From positions 1 to 64,000 of the forward strand of contig JAUFOR010000001.1 of NCBI GenBank assembly GCA_040285745.1: a stretch of 64,000 nt of DNA, written 5' to 3'. The number at the start of each line of letters is the position of its first letter. Position 1 is the first letter of the stretch. The notes beneath the pieces were generated by a model. That model made no database searches and was not told where the DNA came from. It saw only the letters and a list, made by a program, of their open reading frames with translations. The translations under genes and the position numbers were made by a program. Shown piece after piece: positions 43,863 to 52,714 of this stretch. The stretch comes from Barthelona sp. PCE. Its lineage: Eukaryota.

Positions 43863-44139
43863 GAACACCTAACACAAAAACAAACAGTTAAAAGGAAGAA
43901 AATACAAAAACACAAAAATTATTCAAAAAGAGGTTATCTCACATTTCTTTTTGACTTGGACTTCCTAATTAGTGTATTGTGTGTGTAATCACATCGATCT
44001 ATCAAAATATTAGTTACTTCCTTCATCATAAAAAATCATGATCAATTTTTGATTAGAAGCAATCACGCCACAAAAACATCACTGAATAAATGATACTTTA
44101 CTATGAATAATGAAATAGTGGGTATAGCGTGAGTGTGTA

Positions 44140-44763
44140 TCAATCAGAGTAAGAAAACTCATTAATAATGCATAAAAACTTCTCTTGCGATAATAGAAAT
44201 AATTCTTCATATTTAATGGTTGTAGACTTTTTAAACTCTTCAATTATGTGTTTTTCGATGCGGGACGTCATCAGAGGTACTTTGCATGAAGTAATACACC
44301 TGAAAAAAACAGGCCGACTTTCAAAAAAATCTGTATTATCAATTAAACTACTTAAATTCATCAATTTCCTGTAGTTTTCGTCCCCTTGGAAGTTATGTTC
44401 AATGAAATCCTTATTGAAAGGCGATTCTTCTGATGATGAATTCAAAAAAAAGCCATCCACAACCATGAAGAAATTCTTTTGGTTCTCAGAGAGCACGACG
44501 GTGCGTGTAAACCCTCTGCTACAAAAGAAATACTCGGTCATGATACTTTCCTTTACGAAAAATCTCAGAAATGCTGGGATTGAACTAACTTCATTATACG
44601 ATCTTTTAAGAGTGATTACGCCCAGGGAACGGGGTGTGTTCATTCCAAACACAAGGTCTTTCTTGTCTGTATCGCAGAGGAAATGAAAAAGTTCGTAAAA
44701 CTCTTTGGACTCAGTCCAATCTGGAAAACATGTATCAGATATGGACAACGCTTCGATTTTCAT
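44140..44763 (-). CDS. Hypothetical protein, 207 aa
   Basis: ORF only. Confidence 0.6.
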   Translation of the reverse strand: MKIEALSISDTCFPDWTESKEFYELFHFLCDTDKKDLVFGMNTPRSLGVITLKRSYNEVSSIPAFLRFFVKESIMTEYFFCSRGFTRTVVLSENQKNFFMVVDGFFLNSSSEESPFNKDFIEHNFQGDENYRKLMNLSSLIDNTDFFESRPVFFRCITSCKVPLMTSRIEKHIIEEFKKSTTIKYEELFLLSQEKFLCIINEFSYSD

Positions 44764-44852
44764 CCCCGTAGATTTTTTTAAATCGCCAAAATGTGAGAAA
44801 AATGAAAACCATCTAAAGTATATTTGAATTGGTTACAAATGCGCTATAAATA

Positions 44853-45485
44853 TTAATGAACGTAAAAGGCAGGTGAAACCGAGCACCTACCACGCGCATT
44901 TCCCAAAACTAAGAACTTGTGTGTCTGACCAAGATTAGTATTGAACTCAAATATTAGAAAAGCTACACAGAGTAGTATTGCAATTGAAATTAGAAGATCG
45001 GCTACGGGAACGATCCAGTCACCTGGTTGATCAAGGGGTACAATGTAAACTATATAATTCTTGATTGAAAAGCTAGTTGCGTAAACAGAAAGACAGAAAA
45101 GTACTATTATCACAACATAATACATATAAATAGCTCCAATGGGAATTGTCCTCAATTCAGCTGGAAGCTCTTCATATCGTTCTCTTCTCTGTTCAAGATT
45201 AAGCTCCTTCTCTTTCTCACCATCAAATCCCTCAATGGATACCTCATCAAAACTTCGGTCTGACAAACTTTCATAATTCTCCAAATCACTATAATCCAGT
45301 CGTACAATATCAAAACCATCCACATTTGGTATAAAAAGCTCTTCCATAGATGTTTCAACATTAATAATGGAGGCAGACTCCAAAGGTCTGAATGTGTGAG
45401 TATCTGTTACTTGTATGACTTCAGCACTTGTTAGCCCATCAAATGATCCGCCAGTCGAAAGAAAATCGTCAGTTCTATGAAACAT
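44853..45485 (-). CDS. Hypothetical two-TM membrane protein, 210 aa
   Basis: Acidic N-terminus and two hydrophobic helices. Confidence 0.65.
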   Translation of the reverse strand: MFHRTDDFLSTGGSFDGLTSAEVIQVTDTHTFRPLESASIINVETSMEELFIPNVDGFDIVRLDYSDLENYESLSDRSFDEVSIEGFDGEKEKELNLEQRRERYEELPAELRTIPIGAIYMYYVVIIVLFCLSVYATSFSIKNYIVYIVPLDQPGDWIVPVADLLISIAILLCVAFLIFEFNTNLGQTHKFLVLGNARGRCSVSPAFYVH

Positions 45486-46631
45486 TGATCATATTTGCTT
45501 AACACAGTTTCAGATATGGAAGGAAATTTGAAAACAATTACTTGTTCAGTATTTGCTTTGCAAAAATGCTATCTATGTGACCTGTTCCTCTTTTAGTTCC
45601 TTTGCAACACATAGAAAACACACTTCTTAGTTTCAGATATGAAAAAATCTTTGCTTCTCAATTCATTCGTTCTTTTATTTTTAAAAGCTTTGTAGAAGCA
45701 GCAGTGGCAGTAATAATGCTTTTAACCGTATATAAACGCACTTTACTCGAATACTGAAAAAACTCAAGTACGTTAGTTTTTATGGTATGTTTGTGGTTAA
45801 AGGGGGGAACCCTTATTCGTGCGACCAAAAAATTGAAGTTAAAGCAACTACAAGTATTGTTAAAGTAATTCAGTCCCATATATCACTTAGTATGCCTAGA
45901 GTTAGAAGAAATGAGGAGTCATTGGCCCCTAGGGCAGATGGAGGGCTTGTGGTTGCTGAGGGCAACTATATATCAGTTTTTTCTGATTTGCAGAATAGCA
46001 CACTCAAATCCATGACTGAGAGTGACTTTATTGCTATACTTGACAATTCAATCCTGCTAAACAACACAGATAGAACTAAATTCGGCTTTGAAGATGGATA
46101 CTATAACACAACAAGTTTTGGTGAAAGTTCTGCCACAAACTCACTTGATCTTTGTGTGTACGACAACCTCTACCGCAACGACTTCACGAAGTCGGAATTC
46201 TTTCTGCCTGCTGAATGCTATCAAGAGCTTTCATTCGATGTTATTTTCCTCAACAAAACCCATTGTATTGTCGAATTACAGGGAGTTTCTGGCTCGACAG
46301 CGATGCGGCCATGCCTGGTGAACGTTTCAACGAACAAACACCGTGCTTTTGATGATTATGTGATGATATCAAACAAATCGACTGTGCAGTCCGGTATTGT
46401 TCTTTTCCGTTCAAATGAGACAAAAAAACTGTGTCTGTACAAGCCCAGCCCAGAAGACACGGTGGATTGTCCGCTGATCAGAGAGATTCATGATGTTGAC
46501 CCTTTCGACTTGAAAATTTTCAACTGCTTGAATGCAAAGGTCAATTTGCTTGCTAAAATCGACAATTTACACATCAGAAGTGCGTTTCTGGTCGACGAAC
46601 ACGGTTTCGTGATTAATCTACTTAATATGTT

Positions 46632-46764
46632 GGTGACATACAGGCGCTAGCCTTCAGACTTTATACTTGAGGTAGTAAACAGCGGAGGGGGACGAAGCGA
46701 ACCGTCATGTGTAGTAGGTGTCCGTAGGACCCGATACGGTTTTTCTTACCTTTTTCAAAAAAAA
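46632..46764 (+). repeat. Split direct repeat A1 (133 bp)
   Basis: Identical to 52482-52614 (GGTGACATAC...TTTTTCAAAAAAAA). Confidence 0.97.
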
Positions 46765-46801
46765 TCTTACTTTAGTATTGCTGCGCAAGAAATTAATTGC
46801 A

Positions 46802-48298
46802 ATGACATACTTTAGAGCGGAAAGGCAAACGAAAGAACAAGTTGCGCGCGCTATCCAGCATAGATGCGAGACGTATATTGCGCGCCTGAGTGTCGTGGTT
46901 ATGGAGACCTTGTGCAAGGTCCACGAGGCGGATCCCGCCGGTAAAGCCCACTTGATTGAGGCTCTCCCGAGTTACGGGTGCGGCGAGTACGCCGACGTAA
47001 TGCTCTCACCGTGCGTGTTGAGCGAGGACTTCCGGGGGTGGTTACAAGCATTGGGCGAAGATGAAAGTCAACAAGGTGTTGACAAGGTCCTTCCAGCAAT
47101 TTCCTTTAGCCTAGAGAGGTTTAGGGAACTTGCAAATCTTTTTGGCATGCGCCCATCCAAGTCATTAGCCAAGAATATTGAGGAGTCGGACATTAGAGGA
47201 GTCCGGGAGATGATTAGAGCTGCCGAAAATCACTGGAAGGCAGCTCCGGCTCTCATAACGCAGGAACTGGATGCGTTCAGGGCAGCAAAGAGGGAGGCCG
47301 ACAAGATCGAGGGAATATCGGACGTCGACAAGAAACAGCTCATCAAGACGATTACGCAACAGGTAACGCATGCGAAGGAGCAGGCGCTGAACGAGACGCG
47401 GAAGCAGACAATGGCCGCGTGGGAAGAAGAACCATCCGATGACGAGACCGACACCCAGCACACGTCTTCGAACGCAGGAATGAACACCGCCATGCAGATC
47501 GCAAGGGACGCTACCGCTTTGGTGAGCGAGACGATGAAAGAGGCCAGGCAGAGTAGGATGAGAGCCACAACCTATAACGAACCTTTCGATGCGGGCATCC
47601 AACAAGACAAACTACTCAGGAAGGTCAAACACCAATGGCAAAGAGGTCTGACATACGATAAGTTTACTGCCGCCATGGACAAGTTCCTCGAGGCGGAGAT
47701 AAAGCGCAACCCCACGATCTTCGCTGGCGATATTGATCTCGGGCTCTGGAAAGCGGACGACGTCCTTCCGGACGCGTTTGTTGAGGAGGTGACGGACGAC
47801 CACAAGGATAATTGGTTCCGCGAGTGGCAAATTCGTCTGAGGGACTTCAAGACGATCTACGAGGACAAGGTCGGATCCCAGTATGAACACGAGTGGCAAA
47901 CCAAGCGTTTGTACTTGCTGATGGAAGCCGCAGCGGAAATGGCGTTGGGAGACACTCTCCTACTAATCGGCAAGCTGTATGAGGAACGGCCACACCTCAT
48001 CCCGACCTTCATCGCTGCCGTCTCTCCATATGGTCCCAGCCGGGCCAACAGGGCGTCAGGTATCTACAACGACGAACTCAACGTCGACCACGTGCCTGAC
48101 AACTGGGTTGACGAGAATCGCGTGAAGCAATTCCTCACTAAGACGCTGGGAGTCGGTAGCTCCGGCATCATGGTCGAGTTTGACCCCACCGCCACCAAGA
48201 AGGCGTTCAACCATTCCACGAGAGCCCCCAAGCGCACGCACCGTCCTAAGACGCAAAAGAAGAAACAAGCGTTTAGCGCCAAAGAGGAGGAGAAGTGA
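46802..48298 (+). CDS. Retrotransposon ORF1, putative gag-like protein (498 aa)
   Basis: First ATG just after A1; helical with a basic C-terminal tail. The gag call rests on position only; no CCHC knuckle seen. Confidence 0.7.
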   Translation: MTYFRAERQTKEQVARAIQHRCETYIARLSVVVMETLCKVHEADPAGKAHLIEALPSYGCGEYADVMLSPCVLSEDFRGWLQALGEDESQQGVDKVLPAISFSLERFRELANLFGMRPSKSLAKNIEESDIRGVREMIRAAENHWKAAPALITQELDAFRAAKREADKIEGISDVDKKQLIKTITQQVTHAKEQALNETRKQTMAAWEEEPSDDETDTQHTSSNAGMNTAMQIARDATALVSETMKEARQSRMRATTYNEPFDAGIQQDKLLRKVKHQWQRGLTYDKFTAAMDKFLEAEIKRNPTIFAGDIDLGLWKADDVLPDAFVEEVTDDHKDNWFREWQIRLRDFKTIYEDKVGSQYEHEWQTKRLYLLMEAAAEMALGDTLLLIGKLYEERPHLIPTFIAAVSPYGPSRANRASGIYNDELNVDHVPDNWVDENRVKQFLTKTLGVGSSGIMVEFDPTATKKAFNHSTRAPKRTHRPKTQKKKQAFSAKEEEK

Positions 48299-48642
48299 AA
48301 TCGTTCGTCTCCCCCGCGCGCGATAGTAAATATCTATCCGACAAGGGCGTGGGAGACGCAAATGATCCCAATGCGGTCACAGCGCTCGCGGACAGGGTCG
48401 GCGAGCTCTCCATCGAGAACGTCAAATTGAAGAAGGAGATCAAGAGCCTCAAGAAGGAAATCCCTAAGAAGCAACTCAAAGCCGCGAAGATGGAACTTCG
48501 CGCAGCTACCAAACTCGTGGAGCTCGAAGACAAAAGACTAGAAGCCATCAAAGCTCGGGAAAGGAGCACACAGAAAACAAAAGCACCTGAGGACGTTAAA
48601 CGGGATAAGCCCCGTAAGGGAGAAAGCACCAACAGCTACTAG
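48295..48642 (+). CDS. Retrotransposon ORF2, small coiled-coil protein (115 codons, GTG start or reached by recoding)
   Basis: K/E-rich heptads (LSIENVKLKKEIKSLKKE); bridges ORF1 and ORF3 in a different frame; GTGA overlap with the ORF1 stop. Confidence 0.6.
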   Translation: MKSFVSPARDSKYLSDKGVGDANDPNAVTALADRVGELSIENVKLKKEIKSLKKEIPKKQLKAAKMELRAATKLVELEDKRLEAIKARERSTQKTKAPEDVKRDKPRKGESTNSY

Positions 48643-48652
48643 CGTGCAGAAG

Positions 48653-51600
48653 ATGATCTCCAAGGAGATCAACAAACTCAAACACGAGGTTGTAGATGAG
48701 CGGAATAACGTCCAAATCTCAAGAAATCCGAAGGAGGTAGTCGGCACAGACACCATGCAGTGGCCGGCCGCGGCGCCACCAGTAGCTCTGCTGAAGCACC
48801 TCCCACCCGACATCTTCCAGAAGGGCGGCCCAAGTCAACGAGTACTCAAAGAGGTGGTCCTAGGGGTTACCGGAACATGGGATATCCTCGGAACAGACCA
48901 GATGAAGATCAATTCAGCCGACACGCCCACGGAACAGTTCGTTAGGGACGCCGCGCGCGTCGCTGGCCTCAGCTGCGAAGAAATTGAGAAGACAGTCCGA
49001 CTGCTCGTGACTGAGGGCGTAACGCGCGACATGGTCGTTATCGAAGGAAAGAAGCCTCGCAGGCAGGAGCCAGTACGTCACTGGTACAAAGACGACGCTG
49101 TCGAATTGAACCTGGCCGTAACCGCGCTCAAAAGTAAGGACCTGATCAAAGAGGTCCCCATCGAAGAGATCGAGGACGAACGAAGGGCATTCATTTCCAT
49201 CGGCGCGGTCCCGAAGAATGCAGAACCGGACTCAAACAACATGTTCGCTCCGACGCAGAAGTTCGAATTTGACGTCACATCGCCGGACAACGAGCACAGG
49301 GTTATCGTCGACTGTACTAACACGAACTCTATGTTCGCCAACATTCCAATGGAACTCATCAAAACCCACTCTCTCGAGATTGTCATGGGTGGCAATCTCA
49401 TGTATTCCGTCGACGCAAAGGATGGTTTCACGCTCATTCCACTGGACGAAGAGCTACAAAAACTGTTCTCATTTACACACGAAGGTAAGCTTTATCAATG
49501 CACTAGAATGCCGTTCGGAGTTTCATTCGGCCCGGCCATCTTCGCCCGCATGATGAACCTGGCAACGACCGCAATGCGTGCGTTGGGATTCAACATCTGG
49601 AGCTACGTCGACGACGCTTTCGGATGGGAACGATCCCTCAGCAAAGCGAGGAACTCGATGATGCTGTTCATAATCATCGCGTCGAAACTTGGCATCAAGC
49701 TAAACTACAAAAAGTCCGTCAGTCCTTCGTACAAATTGGACATCATCGGCTACACGCTGAGCACCGACGACCAGTCTGACGGCGGCCGGCTAGTCTCAAC
49801 AATTAGACCGTCGGACAAGAACATCAGAAAGATCAGAGAGATGGCTCGCGTAATGCGAAATAGAATCGACACAGCAGAACAAATCCCTGTCAGGGACATC
49901 ATGAAGCTCGATGGCAAACTTGTATCATTTGCCAACGCCTCGACGATTCTTCAGCGGGTTCACCTACAGCTACAAGCAGTACTGAAGGATCTCGACGCCC
50001 AATACGATAACGCGATATTTGACTCGAGCAGGAACAAGGGCCTACGCCTTCTCCTACCTCTTCCACTAGCCGACGCACTCACGAGCATCGTTGAATGTAA
50101 CTTTGAACCGAAGACGCTGAGCTGCGGTAGAGCTAAGGTAACATTACTGAGCGACGCCATGAAGGACCAGAAACATATAGGCATTGGAGCGAAGGCATAC
50201 CCAGACGACGACCAAGAGCTCTCGTTCGAACTTCTCCACAGGATGGGAGTGAACGAGCAAGGAGCAAGAAGGATGTTGACACTTCTCGACGATCTGCCAG
50301 AACAGGAAAGAGTAGACATCGAGCAGAACACTGTCGCAACAATCGCGGAGCAGGAGATGGTACCGATCGTCGAGCTACTCAAGACTAAGGGCAGACAGCT
50401 GAGGAACACCGAAGTCGTCTGGTATTGCGACAACACGAACGTATGCGCCGCTGTCGCGAAGGGCTACAGCAAAAACAAGGTCCTCAACAAGGGGGCCCGC
50501 ATAGTGATGGAACTGTGCGAAATGTGGGACGTGATCGTCACACCAATCTACATCAACTCAGAACAGAATTATCTTCCAGACAGCATCTCAAGAGGAGCAT
50601 CGTCGGAGTCGTGGACCAACTCTACGACATTCGTGCACGAGATTCTCCCAGCTAGGGTAATCGAGTTCAAGACATCCGTCGTCGCAAGCCTCTACGAACC
50701 TGGACACATCCCAGCACTGTACGTCCGCGGTTTCCAGCCCACAAAAGGAAAGTCCAGGAGATCAACGAAAGCCGCACATGTGACAAGACAATGTCTCGGA
50801 CAAGACCTTATCTCTCTAGGCGAGTATGACCTCAAACGGAATGCGCTCAAGGTCGACAATGTTGCGAACGGGACTGCACACTGTACAGGTAAGCTCAAAA
50901 TCGTCGAAGGATTCGATGACACAAGATACACCGTCCCTCTATCGAATATGGCGATCATCACGAGAGACAACGAAAGAATCGAGGCAACAGTTCCGACTTA
51001 CTCCGCAGCCACAAGCTTAGAGATAGTCATTCTCAAAGTGTGCAGAACCGGCGCGGAAGTAGATGTGATCCTCCCCGGACCACTCCCGTCTTGCCCATTG
51101 TGGGCTACAATCGCACAAAAGACCATCCCATTAAGTGATGGATCCATAAAGATAAGAGTTACGAGAGAAAAGGTTCTCGGCGGCGAACCCGAGGACTACA
51201 AGCCCGCTGGAGCACGCACTCAGAACCCGGTACAGGTACGGGGCAAATCACTATCTCTGGCAGATCTGTTCGCCATCCCACCGTCGATGGACTACGACGA
51301 AGTGCTCGAACTCTTTCTGAAAAAAGGAGCGCACCAACCAACGAGGAACATGCTACATCGCTTCGGGAACTTCGTTCAAAAGGTGCACAGCACAGAAATA
51401 GTGGACGTCGCATGCCCAGGAAACGAAAAGAGACTTGAAGAGCTGATAATCGAGTTCAGATTCAGACTCGAACAGGAAACAAAATCGAAGAGGCGTGCGA
51501 ACGGCGACACCACCGAAGTATGGAGGTACACCTCAGATACGATTAACAGTTACATTTTCCACCTGCGTAAAGGACTGCTGGTTCTGAAAATGTTCATCAC

Positions 51601-52465
51601 CGACAAGAAATCTCTCCTCACGACCGAAGAACTCGAGCAACTCGTCCAGCTTAGGGCGGCAGTAATCAGATGCACACTGAGCGAGAGCTCAGAAACACAG
51701 AAATTCGCCATCAGCACGTCAGCAATCAGATTCCTGGCGGCAAGAGAGATTGAAGAGCTTAAAGCACTGGTCCAGGAAGGTACCACGAAGAAGAAGGCCC
51801 TTCAGAAGCTAAACAAAGTAAGAAGAAGAATTGCTATGATGTCATCAATGTACAACTTAGGATGCAGAGCGGCGTCTCTTGCCGCAGTCAAGACCCACCA
51901 AATTGAAGTCTCAAAATCCGGCGATGTCACGGTAACGCTGGACAAAGTGAAGAACCAACAGGGTCGACCAACCAGCTACATGATCCCCAGAAACGTATGG
52001 GAGCTGGGCACACTGCACGACTATTTAAACGACGCTGTGCAAAGAGCAAAAGAAGGAGGTAAAGAGTTTATTTTCTCGAACGGCGGAGAAGCCCAGAGCG
52101 TCTCGAATGCATTAAACACCATGTTCCGAGATTACAACGAGAAAATCAAGCAATCTGACCACAAGAATGCAAGCAAATTCAGAGTATTCAAAATGACAGC
52201 TCATGGCCTTAGAGCCGGCAGGGCAAAAGAGATAGCACAACATCCAGATGCGACTGTACGAGTATCAGCGCAAGGAATGGGTCTCTGGAAGGATGTGAAG
52301 GCGATGAACCTTGACTATCTCACGAAACCACTATTGACGTTTGAGGAACGAGAGGTGTTGAGTCCGATGGAATTGGAAGGATGGGTTTTAGGCCACTTCC
52401 CGGACGAAACACCCTCTACACGTGAAGGCGAGCCTTCCCACGTGAGCGTTCCCCGACGTCAATAA
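48653..52465 (+). CDS. Retrotransposon ORF3: RT-RNase H-(degenerate MTase-like)-tyrosine recombinase polyprotein (1270 aa from first ATG)
   Basis: RT: SVDAKDGF, RMPFG, YVDD (49604-49615). DIRS-type RNase H: LLSDA, AEQE, YCDN, NYLPDSISR. YR: LGCR, KVKN, HGLR, GLW, DYL. Confidence 0.93.
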   Translation: MISKEINKLKHEVVDERNNVQISRNPKEVVGTDTMQWPAAAPPVALLKHLPPDIFQKGGPSQRVLKEVVLGVTGTWDILGTDQMKINSADTPTEQFVRDAARVAGLSCEEIEKTVRLLVTEGVTRDMVVIEGKKPRRQEPVRHWYKDDAVELNLAVTALKSKDLIKEVPIEEIEDERRAFISIGAVPKNAEPDSNNMFAPTQKFEFDVTSPDNEHRVIVDCTNTNSMFANIPMELIKTHSLEIVMGGNLMYSVDAKDGFTLIPLDEELQKLFSFTHEGKLYQCTRMPFGVSFGPAIFARMMNLATTAMRALGFNIWSYVDDAFGWERSLSKARNSMMLFIIIASKLGIKLNYKKSVSPSYKLDIIGYTLSTDDQSDGGRLVSTIRPSDKNIRKIREMARVMRNRIDTAEQIPVRDIMKLDGKLVSFANASTILQRVHLQLQAVLKDLDAQYDNAIFDSSRNKGLRLLLPLPLADALTSIVECNFEPKTLSCGRAKVTLLSDAMKDQKHIGIGAKAYPDDDQELSFELLHRMGVNEQGARRMLTLLDDLPEQERVDIEQNTVATIAEQEMVPIVELLKTKGRQLRNTEVVWYCDNTNVCAAVAKGYSKNKVLNKGARIVMELCEMWDVIVTPIYINSEQNYLPDSISRGASSESWTNSTTFVHEILPARVIEFKTSVVASLYEPGHIPALYVRGFQPTKGKSRRSTKAAHVTRQCLGQDLISLGEYDLKRNALKVDNVANGTAHCTGKLKIVEGFDDTRYTVPLSNMAIITRDNERIEATVPTYSAATSLEIVILKVCRTGAEVDVILPGPLPSCPLWATIAQKTIPLSDGSIKIRVTREKVLGGEPEDYKPAGARTQNPVQVRGKSLSLADLFAIPPSMDYDEVLELFLKKGAHQPTRNMLHRFGNFVQKVHSTEIVDVACPGNEKRLEELIIEFRFRLEQETKSKRRANGDTTEVWRYTSDTINSYIFHLRKGLLVLKMFITDKKSLLTTEELEQLVQLRAAVIRCTLSESSETQKFAISTSAIRFLAAREIEELKALVQEGTTKKKALQKLNKVRRRIAMMSSMYNLGCRAASLAAVKTHQIEVSKSGDVTVTLDKVKNQQGRPTSYMIPRNVWELGTLHDYLNDAVQRAKEGGKEFIFSNGGEAQSVSNALNTMFRDYNEKIKQSDHKNASKFRVFKMTAHGLRAGRAKEIAQHPDATVRVSAQGMGLWKDVKAMNLDYLTKPLLTFEEREVLSPMELEGWVLGHFPDETPSTREGEPSHVSVPRRQ

Positions 52466-52481
52466 ACCTACTTCAGTATAA
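52383..52481 (+). repeat. Split direct repeat B1 (99 bp), overlapping the end of ORF3
   Basis: Identical to 52616-52714; contains AATAAA overlapping the ORF3 stop. Confidence 0.97.
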
Positions 52482-52614
52482 GGTGACATACAGGCGCTAG
52501 CCTTCAGACTTTATACTTGAGGTAGTAAACAGCGGAGGGGGACGAAGCGAACCGTCATGTGTAGTAGGTGTCCGTAGGACCCGATACGGTTTTTCTTACC
52601 TTTTTCAAAAAAAA
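52482..52614 (+). repeat. Split direct repeat A2
   Basis: Identical to A1; followed by one extra A (52615). Confidence 0.97.
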
Positions 52615-52615
52615 A

Positions 52616-52714
52616 GGGTTTTAGGCCACTTCCCGGACGAAACACCCTCTACACGTGAAGGCGAGCCTTCCCACGTGAGCGTTCCCCGACGTCAATAAAC
52701 CTACTTCAGTATAA
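52616..52714 (+). repeat. Split direct repeat B2 (right end of element)
   Basis: Identical to B1. Confidence 0.97.

Larger units (their letters stand above)
46632..52714 (+). mobile_element. Tyrosine-recombinase retrotransposon (DIRS order; PAT/Ngaro-type split direct repeats), 6083 bp, full length
   Basis: A1-ORFs-B1-A2-B2 repeat layout; RT, RNase H and YR motifs; no TSD; GC visibly higher than the flanks; interrupts a host ORF. Confidence 0.95.

Noticed and set aside
52354-52412. Hammerhead-ribozyme-like GAGTCCG...CGGACGAAAC
   Set aside because: The core reads GTGTTGA rather than CTGANGA, no stem III/UH cleavage site is evident, and GGTGTT pairs directly with AACACC. Treated as a hairpin with tandem GA pairs.
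48653-52465. Bacterial retron, DGR or phage integrase contamination
   Set aside because: The element is embedded precisely within a eukaryotic host gene and has a DIRS-type RNase H and split direct repeats.
46632-52614. A1/A2 as LTRs of a Ty3/Copia element
   Set aside because: No TG...CA ends, TSD, DDE integrase or protease; the B repeats and YR indicate the DIRS order.
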